This document shows, in pieces, positions 30,539 to 41,498 of a stretch of DNA of 64,000 nt. Source of the stretch: an uncultured Gemmatimonadales bacterium (lineage in GTDB: Bacteria > Gemmatimonadota > Gemmatimonadetes > Longimicrobiales > Longimicrobiaceae); NCBI GenBank assembly GCA_963716255.1, contig OY970303.1, forward strand, positions 3,520,001 to 3,584,000, given 5' to 3'. Each line of letters starts with the position of its first letter. Within the stretch, counting starts at the first letter, position 1. The notes under the pieces were generated by a model. It made no database searches. It was not told the DNA's origin and saw only the letters and a program-made list of their open reading frames with translations. The translations under genes were made by a program, and so were the position numbers.

Positions 30539-32802
30539 TCTTCTAAGCGGCTTGCAGCGGAGATGCTGTGGACGACGGTCTGTGCTGCGCGATCAAGTTC
30601 CTGACTGACATACTGTTCGAACTCGGCTCCAGAAAGGGAGGAACCGATCTTGTTTGTGCTGCGATACTGCATGAGTGCAAAAAGGGCCACATAAAGGAGG
30701 TAGTTGCCGCTCATACGCGCAACACCTGTTTCCTTATAGCCTCCAGCCTGAAGCAGCCGTCGAATATGACGGTTGTCCATGTTCACGAAGATTTTCGTGT
30801 TTTGCGACTCTTCTCGCACAATTGCAACACTTGCTTCATTCCATCCAAATTCACTCCACTCGTCTTTCAAGACGGGTACGGGTTCCGGGGCTTGAACTTG
30901 GGCCCTCCCGCCCTTCCCAGATGTTGACTCTGTTTCCGGGTCAACGATCCGGAATTTGACACTCGTCTGAAATTGGCTGTCTGTTGGCGTAAACAGGAAG
31001 ATGGTGAGATGCCCCTCCTCGCCAGCATCGGCTCCCTCATTTGGGCGGATGACCACCCGAGATCGCCCGCCACGAAAATCTGATGAACTAGCCATATAGA
31101 CAGCCCGCTCAGGGCTGCTAGCTATTACAAGCCGAGCGTGCGTGTGTCCAGAGATGTATCCGTCCGGTGCGTCACTCTCCAACCGAACCAATGCTGAGCG
31201 ATTTTTCCGAATGGCAATTGGTGTTTGTGTATTCGCAATCCGGAGAAATGTTGGCTCCTCCTTCGTCGGGAGGGGCTCAAGTGGCTCTCGGGAACCACTC
31301 GTTTGGGTGGGGCGTCCACCCTCGCCTGATCCTCGAGCTGGGGCGTTCGCATCTGTCCCAGCGCGAAATTGATCCATCAATCGCGCGAATCTCTCACGCA
31401 GCTTTTCACGTTCAGTATGCGAGTGACGGGAGAGAATAGCTTCGCGCCTTTCCTCATTCAGCCGAATTAGATCGTCATCTTCAGCTAGAGCAGAAGAGAT
31501 ACTCTCACGAAGCTCCTCATAGATATATGACTGCTTCAAGCGGTCACGAGTGGTGGATAGAAGCTCCCGGCGTGCATAGGGCGTAAGGCCGTCTAGCTCA
31601 ACTTGAACGATAAGGAACCTCTCAAGGTATGGTAAAGACAGCCGGTCAGCTATGAAGCGCCGATCTTCGAAGCCGTGGGACTGACCAAAGTACGTGTATG
31701 CTAACGGGCTGAACGGATCGACATAAGCATCAATAGGACGAGAACGTTTGGACGGGTCATCCGCCTGCTTCACAACCCAATAGTAGACCCGAACGCGGCT
31801 CTCTCCATATCGATCCCGAACGATCGCAACAACACTATCGGAGTGCTCAACTTTCTTCCGTTTGTCGTCCTCAAGGCGCGAGTGATTTCCGGCAATTGTT
31901 CGCCGATCTTCTTTGTCATCTCTATGCTCCTCAACCCAGATCGGAAGCACTGGATCAAACAACGCATTTTGCAGAAGCCACCACAGGCTACCTGTGACCT
32001 GAGTCATCCGGGAGGAGTATTGTGGGATCGCTAGGTCGAAATGTGTTATAGTTGTTCCCGGCTCATAGGACTTAAGAGATGTATATGGGATTTGGGCGAC
32101 ATTCCCGTGCGAGTTAACCAAAAAATCATATCGTCCGTTCTTGTTTTTGGCAGGGTCTAAGTCCCTAAATAGAACGAAAGTAACTGCAATGTAGTCATGT
32201 TCTCCCTTGGAGAGCAGATCCTTGTGCCGTCTTGAGACAAGCAGCGTTCCTTCAGGGGAGAAGGCCAGTGCAGTGGACCCGCCTTGTCCATAGGCACCCG
32301 CGAGGTAAGGCTTATCGATCTTGTTAGATTCTCCTAAGCTAAGAACCGTGTGTGGTATGAGTTGCGAGGTCAGACCAATTCCCCGGTCGCGGATAACTAC
32401 TGTCGGGGTCTTCGGACTTGATCCCGTATGGAGGGCGACTACCACATTGTCGGCAAGATCCTGTCGGTCCCTTATCTCCAGGTTGCGGACGCGGCCCGAA
32501 GGGACTGAAAACCAGGTTTCGACTGCCTCGCGTGGCGTGCGAGGCATGCCCGGACTGCCAGGCTGGATTCCACGTCGAGAGGCCTCCCGCTCTAGGACAG
32601 CATCAATCGCATTTGTGATTCTCTCAATGAGAGCTAATCCTGGATCGCTTCCGATGTTGATGGACCCATAATTTCCCTCTCGGTTTCCAACCGGCCGCCA
32701 CAGATATCCATAGTGTGAGATCAGGTGATTTATAACCTCGTGCACCTCTCCCAAGTTTCGGGACTGCGTTAATCTCACGAGGAGGTTTTTTTCAGATTCC
32801 AT
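30535..32802 (-). CDS. GHKL-fold ATPase (MORC/TopoVI-B-like) with long uncharacterised C-terminus
   Basis: IERITNAIDA (N box), DRGIG (G1), GAYGQGG (G2), GTTI (G3); ATGA overlap with the MTase. Confidence 0.75.
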   Translation of the reverse strand: MESEKNLLVRLTQSRNLGEVHEVINHLISHYGYLWRPVGNREGNYGSINIGSDPGLALIERITNAIDAVLEREASRRGIQPGSPGMPRTPREAVETWFSVPSGRVRNLEIRDRQDLADNVVVALHTGSSPKTPTVVIRDRGIGLTSQLIPHTVLSLGESNKIDKPYLAGAYGQGGSTALAFSPEGTLLVSRRHKDLLSKGEHDYIAVTFVLFRDLDPAKNKNGRYDFLVNSHGNVAQIPYTSLKSYEPGTTITHFDLAIPQYSSRMTQVTGSLWWLLQNALFDPVLPIWVEEHRDDKEDRRTIAGNHSRLEDDKRKKVEHSDSVVAIVRDRYGESRVRVYYWVVKQADDPSKRSRPIDAYVDPFSPLAYTYFGQSHGFEDRRFIADRLSLPYLERFLIVQVELDGLTPYARRELLSTTRDRLKQSYIYEELRESISSALAEDDDLIRLNEERREAILSRHSHTEREKLRERFARLMDQFRAGTDANAPARGSGEGGRPTQTSGSREPLEPLPTKEEPTFLRIANTQTPIAIRKNRSALVRLESDAPDGYISGHTHARLVIASSPERAVYMASSSDFRGGRSRVVIRPNEGADAGEEGHLTIFLFTPTDSQFQTSVKFRIVDPETESTSGKGGRAQVQAPEPVPVLKDEWSEFGWNEASVAIVREESQNTKIFVNMDNRHIRRLLQAGGYKETGVARMSGNYLLYVALFALMQYRSTNKIGSSLSGAEFEQYVSQELDRAAQTVVHSISAASRLEE

Positions 32803-33117
32803 CGTTGTCGTCGCGTGTTCTGTTTGGATTGATCCGAATCATCTCGGTCGGACAAACGGCTCGCATGTTAACACCTCGGTTCAGATCACGCGAGATGGGT
32901 CCCTCATATTGTTCGGCGCTTCCTCCTCGCAGGCCTGTGCCTTCATCGTTTCTCTTCTAGCGATCCACAACGCGCAAATTGTCAACGACGTCACAATCTG
33001 CTTCTCGATCATAGCGTCTCTTGCGGTTGCAGGTATCTTTCCAAATGTTGTCACATCCGCGGCGGACGCCGAGGTCGGCTACTTATGGGTGCGCCACTTT
33101 CAACTTGCGAGGTCACG

Positions 33118-34806
33118 ATGGCTGGAGCGAGGATCCAAGGTCGTGAGCAACCGATTGGTAAGATTTTCAGTGATGACTTCGCCTTCGAAATTCCCGACTA
33201 CCAGCGACCCTATTCGTGGACCAATGAGCATGCAAGCCAGCTCCTGGGAGATCTCCGTAACGCCCTTGCAGATGTCGATGGTCCTGTCGACAGTGCAGCG
33301 CCCTACTTTTTGGGAAGCATCGTGCTTGTCAAAGAGGATGAAAATCCCAAAGCACCTATCGTGGATGGACAGCAACGACTGACGACGATGACCATTTTAC
33401 TCGCAGCCATTCGCCGTGTGCTGGGAAGGGAAGGCGGTGATCTAACCGAATTTTTGTATGAGCAAGGTAATCAGATCAAGGGAACTCCTAATCGTTATCG
33501 TCTGCGCCTGCGCGAGCGGGACGATCACTTCTTCCGCACCTATGTCTTGGAGGCTGGCGGAATGGAGAAGATCGAGCAGCTCGACACTGCCCAGCTTCCT
33601 GATAGTCAACGGAACATCGTTGCGAACGCACGACACTTCGTGGATGAACTCGGGATGATGATGCCGGACGAGGTCACGCGTCTCGCCCAGCTACTGGTGA
33701 CTCGCTGCTTTCTCGTCGTAGTGTCCACTCCGGATCTGGACTCTGCTTACCGGATTTTCTCAGTTCTCAACGATAGAGGCCTGGATCTCTCCCATGCTGA
33801 CATCCTGAAGGCCGAAGTGGTTGGCAAAATGCCGGACGATTGGTCACGGCAGCAGTACACGCGACGCTGGGAAGATGCAGAGGAGGCGCTTGGTCGAGCT
33901 GCTTTTGGCGATTTGTTTGAGCATATTCGAATGATGTACCGGAGGCAGAAGGCGAGAGAGTCGGTTTTGAAGGAGTTCCGCGAGTACGTTGCCAAGCAGC
34001 ATTCACCCAAGGACTTGATCGACTATGTCATCATCCCGTCGGCTGATGCGTATGGGATCATCAGAGCCGCGTCGTTTGAGGGTTCCTCAGGGGCTGAAGA
34101 GGTGAACGATTTCCTGCGCTGGCTGAACCGCCTCGATAACAAGGACTGGGTGCCGCCAGCTGTATCATTCCTGTCGAAACATCAGAGCGACTCCGCGACA
34201 CTCCAAAAATTTCTTCGTAGCCTGGAGCGGCTTGCCGCTGGCATGATGGCACTCGGCTACAACGTCAATCGCCGTATCGAGCGCTATGCCAGACTGCTCG
34301 CAGAAATCGAAAACGGGGATGACCTTTGGCGGTCGGAGTCGGCAATGCAGCTAACCGAGGAGGAGCGAATCGGAGTCCTTCGAGAGCTCGACGGTGATGT
34401 ATACGAATGGCCCCCCCAACGCCGCGTATACGTACTTCTTCGTTTGGAGACACTCCTCTCTGGCCACCGTTTGTTGCATGAGCACACTCTGGTTACAGTG
34501 GAGCATGTGCTCCCACAGAATCCGAGCGGCGGCAGTGAATGGCTCTCTTGGTACCCCGCTGACGCAGAGCGTAAGAAGTGGGTTCACCGAATCGCCAACC
34601 TGGCTCTGTTGACAAGGCGGAAAAACGGGGCCGCACAGAATTATGATTTCGGTAAGAAGAAAGAGGTTTACTTCACGCGTCCCGACATCCCTCCGTTTGC
34701 TATCACGGGGCAGGTGCTGAAGCACGGAACCTGGGAGCGTGGTGTCTTGGAGGCGCGCCAGGCGGAACTCGTCTCAATGCTCGCGGATGAATGGGGGCTC
34801 TCTTGA
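33118..34806 (+). CDS. GmrSD-like type IV restriction protein (DUF262 + DUF1524 HNH)
   Basis: IPDYQRPYSW, DGQQRLTT, FSVLNDRGLDL; EHVLPQ..IANLALL..N. Confidence 0.9.
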   Translation: MAGARIQGREQPIGKIFSDDFAFEIPDYQRPYSWTNEHASQLLGDLRNALADVDGPVDSAAPYFLGSIVLVKEDENPKAPIVDGQQRLTTMTILLAAIRRVLGREGGDLTEFLYEQGNQIKGTPNRYRLRLRERDDHFFRTYVLEAGGMEKIEQLDTAQLPDSQRNIVANARHFVDELGMMMPDEVTRLAQLLVTRCFLVVVSTPDLDSAYRIFSVLNDRGLDLSHADILKAEVVGKMPDDWSRQQYTRRWEDAEEALGRAAFGDLFEHIRMMYRRQKARESVLKEFREYVAKQHSPKDLIDYVIIPSADAYGIIRAASFEGSSGAEEVNDFLRWLNRLDNKDWVPPAVSFLSKHQSDSATLQKFLRSLERLAAGMMALGYNVNRRIERYARLLAEIENGDDLWRSESAMQLTEEERIGVLRELDGDVYEWPPQRRVYVLLRLETLLSGHRLLHEHTLVTVEHVLPQNPSGGSEWLSWYPADAERKKWVHRIANLALLTRRKNGAAQNYDFGKKKEVYFTRPDIPPFAITGQVLKHGTWERGVLEARQAELVSMLADEWGLS

Positions 34807-34850
34807 GCTGCTGTTCTGGCTGACACTCCAATACCAGAAAGCAGGCAAGT

Positions 34851-35357
34851 GTGATTGACGATCAGAAGTTGCACGAGGCGGAGGACGCAGCGGCGGCTGC
34901 CCTCCGCGACAACTCCGCGATCCGCCAACTGGAGCCCGAGCGCGGCTTCCACGCCTGCTTCGAGGTCCCCGTCACCCTCCGCGAAGTCCTCGCCCACGGC
35001 ATCCCGGTGGACCACCTCCCCGCCGCTGACGTCGACGGCGAGGCCGAGGACCCGGAGCGCATGGACGCCGAAGGTGACTTCCGCGTCTTCGTTGCCGTTA
35101 CGCTGCACGCCGAGCCCGACGGCAAGCTCGGCGTGGCGACCGGCGTCGACCTGGAGTTCCTCGCGCACCTCCTCGCCAGCCCGCACACCGAGTGGCTGAG
35201 CGCCACCCGCATCCGCGATCCGGAAACCGGCGAGTGGGTGCAGACCGCCCCCCCGGCCGCCGTCCAGCACCTGCTCCACGACACGTGTCCCGGCTGGAGC
35301 GAGGTGGTCCGCGCCGAGGTGGTCCGGCTCGCCCTCACCCGACAGAGCCAGCCGTAA
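34851..35357 (+). CDS. Hypothetical protein
   Basis: Acidic 168-aa ORF with high-GC3 codon pattern; no motif recognised. Confidence 0.55.
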   Translation: MIDDQKLHEAEDAAAAALRDNSAIRQLEPERGFHACFEVPVTLREVLAHGIPVDHLPAADVDGEAEDPERMDAEGDFRVFVAVTLHAEPDGKLGVATGVDLEFLAHLLASPHTEWLSATRIRDPETGEWVQTAPPAAVQHLLHDTCPGWSEVVRAEVVRLALTRQSQP

Positions 35358-35388
35358 AGCACGACCCTTAAACTGCCAGCACAGGTCT

Positions 35389-35604
35389 ATGAGCCGCGAT
35401 TATGACGTGCTGATCGAGCGGGATTCGGAAGGCTGCTACGTGGCGTCCGTTCCCTCGCTCCTGGGGTGCCATACCCAGGAGACGTCGCTGGACGAGCTGA
35501 TGGAGCGCGCCCGCGAAGCGATCCAACTCTGCATCGAGGTGGAGGGAGAGCCCGCTGATGCGCTGGACTTCGTCGGTGTCCAGCGCATCACCGTCCCGGC
35601 TTGA
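35389..35604 (+). CDS. HicB-family antitoxin (orphan)
   Basis: YDVLIERD..YVASVPSLLGCHTQ..LDELMERAREAIQL. Confidence 0.85.
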   Translation: MSRDYDVLIERDSEGCYVASVPSLLGCHTQETSLDELMERAREAIQLCIEVEGEPADALDFVGVQRITVPA

Positions 35605-35611
35605 CTCCCGC

Positions 35612-35923
35612 ATGAGGGACCTGAGTCCAGAAGCCCGGATCGAGATCCCGCACGACCGGATCGCGGAGATCTGCCGACGCCACGGGATCCGCAGGCTCGC
35701 CCTGTTCGGCTCCGTGCTGCGCGACGACTTCGGCCCGGACAGCGAAGTGGACGTGCTGGTGGAGTTCGAGCCCGGCCGCACCCCCGGGTTCGCTTTCATC
35801 GCCATTCAGGACGAGCTGTCCACGCTTCTCGGACGGAAGGTGGACCTGAACACGCCGAACGACTTGAGCCGCTACTTCCGGGACGAGGTGGTCTGAGGTG
35901 CCCACGTGCTGTATGGTTCCTGA
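35612..35923 (+). pseudogene. MntA-type minimal nucleotidyltransferase with a premature stop at 35894-35896
   Basis: LFGSVLRDDFGPDSEVDVLVEF..GRKVDL; after RDEVV the TGA is followed in frame by GAHVLYGS*, resembling the usual tail. Confidence 0.72.
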
Positions 35924-35959
35924 CGCGATCCGCCTCCGCCCGCCACCGGGAGCCCACCC

Positions 35960-37018
35960 ATGCCCGAAACCTTCCTCCTCTACGGCTCCTACGGTTACAC
36001 CGGCCGCCTGATCGCCGCCCGTGCCCTGGAGCGCGGCATTCGCCCCGTGCTCGCCGGCCGCAGCGAGGCCCCCCTGAAGCAGCAGGCCGCCGAGCTTGGC
36101 CTCCCCTGGCGCGCCGTGGCGCTGGACGACCCCGCCGCGCTCGACGCCGCCCTGGCCGACGTGCCCGTGGTGCTGCACGCCGCCGGGCCCTTCGTCCGCA
36201 CCGCGCGTCCCATGGCCGAGGCCTGCCTGCGCACCGGCACCCACTACCTGGACATCACCGGCGAGCTCGCCGTGTTCGAAGCGCTCGCCGCCCGCGACGC
36301 CCAGGCCAAGGCGGCCGGCGTCATGCTCCTCCCCGGCGTGGGGTTCGACGTGGTCCCCACCGACTCCCTCGCCGCCCACCTCAAGCGGCGCCTCCCGGGC
36401 GCCGTCCGCCTGGCGCTCGCCTTCCAGCCCGTGGGCGGCGGGCTGTCGCACGGCACCGCCACCACCATGGTGGAGAACCTGGCTGCCGGCGGCGCCGTCC
36501 GGCGCGGCGGGCGCATCGTCCCCGTCCCCGCCGCGTACCGCACCCGGCGCGTCGACTTCGGGCGCGGGCCGGTGGAAGTCACCACCATCCCCTGGGGCGA
36601 CGTGTCCACCGCCTTCCACAGCACCGGCATCCCCGACGTGGAAGTGTACACCCGCGTTCCCGCGCCCGCGCGGAGGATGATGGTGGCCTCGCGCTACCTG
36701 GGGTGGCTGCTGGGCTCCGGGCCCGTGCAGCGCGTCCTCAAGGGGCGCATCGACGCCGCCTCCCCCGGCCCCACCGACGAGGAGCGCGCGCGGGGGAAGA
36801 GCCTGCTGTGGGGCGAGGCCGAGGACGCGGCCGGGGGGCGCGCCGCAGCGCGCATGCAGGCGCCCGAGGGGTACACCCTCACCGCCGTGACCGCCGTCGG
36901 CGCCGCCGAGGAAGTGCTCGCCGGGCGCGCCCTGCCCGGCTTCCGCACCCCCTCGCAGGCCTTCGGGCCCGACTGGATCCTGGGGTTCGACGGCGTGACC
37001 CGCGAGGACCTGCCCTGA
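35960..37018 (+). CDS. Saccharopine dehydrogenase-like oxidoreductase
   Basis: YGSYGYTG, AGPF, HYLDITGE, GFDVVPTD. Confidence 0.9.
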   Translation: MPETFLLYGSYGYTGRLIAARALERGIRPVLAGRSEAPLKQQAAELGLPWRAVALDDPAALDAALADVPVVLHAAGPFVRTARPMAEACLRTGTHYLDITGELAVFEALAARDAQAKAAGVMLLPGVGFDVVPTDSLAAHLKRRLPGAVRLALAFQPVGGGLSHGTATTMVENLAAGGAVRRGGRIVPVPAAYRTRRVDFGRGPVEVTTIPWGDVSTAFHSTGIPDVEVYTRVPAPARRMMVASRYLGWLLGSGPVQRVLKGRIDAASPGPTDEERARGKSLLWGEAEDAAGGRAAARMQAPEGYTLTAVTAVGAAEEVLAGRALPGFRTPSQAFGPDWILGFDGVTREDLP

Positions 37019-37056
37019 GCGGACGTCCTTCCACCCGGGTTTCGACGGCGGGGTTC

Positions 37057-37180
37057 GGGCGTGCCCCCGCTGGCGCGGGGTCGGGCTTCGGCTCCGTAAG
37101 CCCGCAAACAACGCGGGCTAACGGAGTCGAGCCCCGCAAACTGCGCGGGTCTCGCCCCTTCGGGCCGTAATCCCTCACGC
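37057..37180 (+). repeat. Family A repeat, copy 6
   Basis: Full consensus; followed by a family C palindrome at ~37188-37230. Confidence 0.92.
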
Positions 37181-37309
37181 GACGGCGCCCCCCTCCCCCC
37201 GGCCCCCTCCCCCGCAAGCGGGAGAGGGGGAGCACTGCACGCCATCGGTGTCGTCCCGGTCTCCGCGGGCCGGGACGCCACCGCTCGCATCCTCCAGCCC
37301 CGCACGGCC

Positions 37310-38173
37310 ATGACCGCCAGCCGAGACCTGCCCCGCGTCGACCTCGCGCACGCCTCCGGCGCCCGCGCCGCCGTGTACCTCCAGGGCGCGCACGTAGCCA
37401 GCTGGATCGATGCCGCCGGCACCGAGCGGCTGTTCGTCAGCGCGCGGTCCCGGTACGAGGCCGGCGCCGCCATCCGCGGCGGCATCCCGGTGATCTTTCC
37501 CCAGTTCGCGGACCAGGGGCCGCTCCCCAAGCACGGCTTCGCGCGCACCGCCGCGTGGGAGCACGCGGGGAGCGGCACGGACCCGGACGGCGCTGCCTGG
37601 GCGCTCCTTCGCCTGGCCGACACGGACGCCACCCGCGCGCTCTGGCCGCACGCCTTCCGCGCCGAGCTGCGCGTGGCGCTGGGCGCGCACTCGCTCGCCG
37701 TGGCCCTGCGCGTCGTCAACACCGGCGGCGGCACCCTGGTCTTCACCTGCGCGCTGCACACCTACCTCCGCGTGGACGACGTGCGCGGCGCCGTGGTGGA
37801 GGGGCTGCGCGGCGTGCGCTACCTGGACAAGCTGGAGGGGGGCGCCGCCTTCACCGAGGAGCGCGGGGCCGTGGAGGCGGCCGGGGAAGTGGACCGCGTC
37901 TACGTGGGCGCGCCGGACCGGCTGCGGGTCCGCGGCGCCGCCGGCGGGCGCGCGGTGCGGCTGGAAAAGGAGGGGTTCCGCGACGCCGTGGTGTGGAACC
38001 CGTGGGCGGAAGGCGCCCGCGCGCTCCCCGACATGGCCGACGACGAGTACCTGCGCATGCTCTGCGTGGAGCCCGCGAACGCGGCGGAGCCCGTCCACCT
38101 CGCCCCCGGGGAGGCGTGGACCGGGACCCAGCGGCTGCGCGTGGAGGCCGCCGGGGGCGATCCGCCGGGCTGA
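37310..38173 (+). CDS. D-hexose-6-phosphate mutarotase (aldose epimerase family)
   Basis: GAHVASW, AIRGGIPVIFPQF, KHGFAR, ALHTY, VVWNPW, MLCVE. Confidence 0.92.
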   Translation: MTASRDLPRVDLAHASGARAAVYLQGAHVASWIDAAGTERLFVSARSRYEAGAAIRGGIPVIFPQFADQGPLPKHGFARTAAWEHAGSGTDPDGAAWALLRLADTDATRALWPHAFRAELRVALGAHSLAVALRVVNTGGGTLVFTCALHTYLRVDDVRGAVVEGLRGVRYLDKLEGGAAFTEERGAVEAAGEVDRVYVGAPDRLRVRGAAGGRAVRLEKEGFRDAVVWNPWAEGARALPDMADDEYLRMLCVEPANAAEPVHLAPGEAWTGTQRLRVEAAGGDPPG

Positions 38174-38293
38174 CCGGCCGGCCCGGCTTCCCCTGGCGAA
38201 GCGCGCCGCCGCGCTGTATTTCACAGCACTATCCCCAGGACGCTTCCACCGGCCGGGCACCCTCCCGGCCCGCTCCGCCCCGAGAGGAAATCC

Positions 38294-41200
38294 ATGACCC
38301 GCAGGCGGCCCGTCGCCCCGCTCCGAGCGCCCCTCCCCGGCCTTGCCCTGGCCGCGCTGCTCGCCTCCGGCGCCGCGCCGGCCCCGCTGCACGCCCAGCG
38401 CGAGGGACCCGCGCAGCCCGGGATCACCGTGTTCGACCCGGCGCGGTTCACCTCCATGCGCTACCGGATGATCGGCCCCGCGCGCGGCGGCCGCGTCACC
38501 ACGGTGGCCGGCGTGCCCGAGCAGCCGCACACCTTCTACATGGGCACCACCGGCGGCGGCGTGTGGAAGACCACCGACGCGGGCGACACCTGGCTCAACG
38601 TGTCCGACGGCTTCTTCGAGGCCGCTTCCATGGGCGCCATCGACGTCGCCCCCTCCAGCCCGGAAGTGGTCTGGGCCGGCACCGGCTCCGAGGGGATCCG
38701 CAGCAACGTGTCCACCGGGCGCGGCATCTACCGCAGCGCCGACGGCGGCAGGACCTGGAGCTTCGCCGGGCTGCGCGACGTGGGGCAGATCGGGGGCGTG
38801 CGCATCCACCCGCGCGACCCGGGCACCGTGTTCGTGGCGGCCACCGGCAGCGTCTTCGCCCGCAGCCGCGAGCGCGGCGTCTTCCGCACCCGCGACAACG
38901 GGCAGACGTGGAAGAAGGTGCTCTTCGTCTCCGACAGCACCGGCGCGGTGGACGTGGAGCTCCAGCCCGGCAACCCCGACGTGGTCTACGCCAGCATGTG
39001 GCGGGGCGAGCGCAAGCCGTGGACGGTCATCAGCGGCGCGCGCGAGGGCGGCATCTACCGCAGCACGGACGGCGGCGACACCTGGACCAGGCTGGGCGGC
39101 GGGCTCCCCACCGGGCTCTTCGGCAAGAGCAACATCGCCGTGACCGCCGCGAATCCACGCCGCGTCTACGCGCTGATCGAGGCGAAGCCGGGCGGCGGGC
39201 TCTACCGCTCGGACGACGCGGGGGACACGTGGACGCAGGTGAGCGACAACGCGCAGCTCGTCACCCGCCCCTTCTACTACACCAACATCACCGCCGACCC
39301 CACCAACGCCGACGTGGTGTTCGTGGGCACCGAGGGCTTCTACCGCTCCGAAGACGGCGGGCGCACGTGGAGGACGCTGCGCACCCCGCACGGCGACAAC
39401 CACGACCTGTGGATCAGCCCGCGCGACCCGCAGGTTTGGATCCAGGCCAACGACGGCGGCGCAAACGTCACCCTGAACGGCGGGCGCACCTGGTCCACCC
39501 AGTACAACCAGCCCACCGCCGAGATCTACCAGGTCTTCGCCGACAGCCAGTTCCCCTACCGCGTCTACGGCGCGCAGCAGGACAACTCCACCCTCATCGT
39601 CCCCTCGCTGCCGCTGTCGCAGTCGTCCCCCGACGACCCCATCCAGTCGTGGCGCGCGGGGCCGGGGTGCGAGACCGGGCCCATCATCCCGCACCCCACC
39701 CACCCCGACACCGTCTACGGCTCGTGCAAGGGGCAGTTCTCCCGCATGAGCCTGCGCAGCGGGCAGGAGAAGCAGTACTGGGTGGGGGCCGAGTCGCTGT
39801 ACGGCGACCCCGGGAACACGCTGACCTACCGCTTCCAGCGCGTCTCGCCCATGGAGATCTCGCCGCACGACCCGCGGGTGATCTACTACGGCTCGCAGTA
39901 CGTGCACCGCACCACGGACGAGGGCGTCACCTGGGACCGCATCTCCCCGGACCTCACCGCCCACGAGGCGAGCCGCCAGGTCCGCTCCGGCGAGCCCATC
40001 ACCATCGACGTCACCGGCGAGGAGTACTACAGCACCCTGTACGCCATCCGCGAGTCGCGGCTGGAGGCCGGCGTCATCTGGGCCGGCGCCAACGACGGCC
40101 CCATCCACGTCACCCGCGACGGCGGGCGGAGCTGGACCCGGGTGACGCCGCGCGGGCTGCCGCCCGGGGGGCGGGTGCAGACCATCGAGCCCTCGCCGCA
40201 CCGCAGGGGATCGGCGTACGTGGCGGTGCTCCGCTACCTGCTGGGCGACTTCCAGCCGTACATCTACCGCACCGACGACTATGGACGCACCTGGACGCGG
40301 CTGACCGACGGGCGCAACGGGATTCCCGCCGACCACCCCACCCGCGTGGTGCGCGAGGACCCCGCCCGCGAGGGGCTGCTGTACGCCGGGACCGAGTTCG
40401 GGATGTTCGTGTCGTTCGACAACGGCCGCGCCTGGCAGCCCTTCCAGCTCAACCTGCCTGTGACCCCGGTCACCGACCTCCAGGTGCACCGCGGCGACCT
40501 GGTGGTCGCCACCCAGGGGCGCTCCTTCTGGATCCTGGACGACCTGGCCCCGCTGCACCAGCTCGGCGACCGGCTCCCGGCCCAGGCGCACCTCTTCCGG
40601 CCGCGCGAGGCCTTCCGCATGCGCTACTCCGCCGGCTTCGGCGGGGTGGAGTCCGCGCGGAGCGGACCGGACCAGCCGCAGTACCCGCCCGCCGGCGCCA
40701 TGGTCGACTACTTCCTCCCCGACACGGCGGGGGTCGTGACGCTGGAGGTGGTGGACGCGGCCGGCGCCGTGGTGCGCGCCTTCAGCAGCGAGGGCCCGGG
40801 CGAGCGCCTGCGCGAGCCCGAGCAGCCGGGGATGCGCGCCCCCACCATGGAGCGCGTGGGCACGCCGCGGCTCCCGCGGCAGGCGGGGCTCAACCGCTTC
40901 GTGTGGGACCTGTCGCTCCCCGGCCCGTGGGACGCCAACCCGCAGCGGAGCGGGCGCAACGGGCCCATGGCGCTGCCGGGGCGCTACACGCTGCGCCTCG
41001 CGGCCGGCGGGCGCACGCAGGAGCAGCCGCTGGAGGTGAGGACGGACCCGCGGGTGGCGGCGGACGGCGTCACCGACGCGGACCTGCGCGAGCAGGTCGC
41101 CCACAACCTGCGCGTGCGCGACCTGGCGAGCGACGCCAACCGGCTGGTGGCGCGCGTCCGGCAGGAGCGGGAGCGGAGCCCCGCCGGCTCCGACCGGCTC

Positions 41201-41410
41201 CGCCGCCTGGAAGCGCTGGAGGCCAGGCTGGTGGCCGAGCCGGTGCGCTACGGCCGCCCCGGACTCCAGACCCACATCGGCTACCTGTACGGGCTCACCA
41301 TGCAGGCGGACCAGAAGGTGAGTCGCGACGCCGCCGAGCGCTACGCCGTGCTGCGCCGCGAGCTGGACGAGCGCCGGGCGGAGCTGGACGCCGCCCTGGC
41401 CGGGGCGTGA
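38294..41410 (+). CDS. Secreted VPS10/BNR-repeat glycosyl hydrolase-like protein
   Basis: Many SxDGGxTW Asp-boxes; IGPARGGRV start; signal peptide. Confidence 0.88.
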   Translation: MTRRRPVAPLRAPLPGLALAALLASGAAPAPLHAQREGPAQPGITVFDPARFTSMRYRMIGPARGGRVTTVAGVPEQPHTFYMGTTGGGVWKTTDAGDTWLNVSDGFFEAASMGAIDVAPSSPEVVWAGTGSEGIRSNVSTGRGIYRSADGGRTWSFAGLRDVGQIGGVRIHPRDPGTVFVAATGSVFARSRERGVFRTRDNGQTWKKVLFVSDSTGAVDVELQPGNPDVVYASMWRGERKPWTVISGAREGGIYRSTDGGDTWTRLGGGLPTGLFGKSNIAVTAANPRRVYALIEAKPGGGLYRSDDAGDTWTQVSDNAQLVTRPFYYTNITADPTNADVVFVGTEGFYRSEDGGRTWRTLRTPHGDNHDLWISPRDPQVWIQANDGGANVTLNGGRTWSTQYNQPTAEIYQVFADSQFPYRVYGAQQDNSTLIVPSLPLSQSSPDDPIQSWRAGPGCETGPIIPHPTHPDTVYGSCKGQFSRMSLRSGQEKQYWVGAESLYGDPGNTLTYRFQRVSPMEISPHDPRVIYYGSQYVHRTTDEGVTWDRISPDLTAHEASRQVRSGEPITIDVTGEEYYSTLYAIRESRLEAGVIWAGANDGPIHVTRDGGRSWTRVTPRGLPPGGRVQTIEPSPHRRGSAYVAVLRYLLGDFQPYIYRTDDYGRTWTRLTDGRNGIPADHPTRVVREDPAREGLLYAGTEFGMFVSFDNGRAWQPFQLNLPVTPVTDLQVHRGDLVVATQGRSFWILDDLAPLHQLGDRLPAQAHLFRPREAFRMRYSAGFGGVESARSGPDQPQYPPAGAMVDYFLPDTAGVVTLEVVDAAGAVVRAFSSEGPGERLREPEQPGMRAPTMERVGTPRLPRQAGLNRFVWDLSLPGPWDANPQRSGRNGPMALPGRYTLRLAAGGRTQEQPLEVRTDPRVAADGVTDADLREQVAHNLRVRDLASDANRLVARVRQERERSPAGSDRLRRLEALEARLVAEPVRYGRPGLQTHIGYLYGLTMQADQKVSRDAAERYAVLRRELDERRAELDAALAGA

Positions 41411-41498
41411 GCCGGCACCTTCCGGGACAGCGGGTGTAGCAAGCCGCGCGATTTTTCGACCTTTTCCCGGGGAGATCCCCAGCAGAGCGAAGGAGCGA

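Noticed and set aside
29402..34806. Prophage or integrative element explaining the island
   Set aside because: No integrase, phage structural gene, tRNA or att-like direct repeat was seen.
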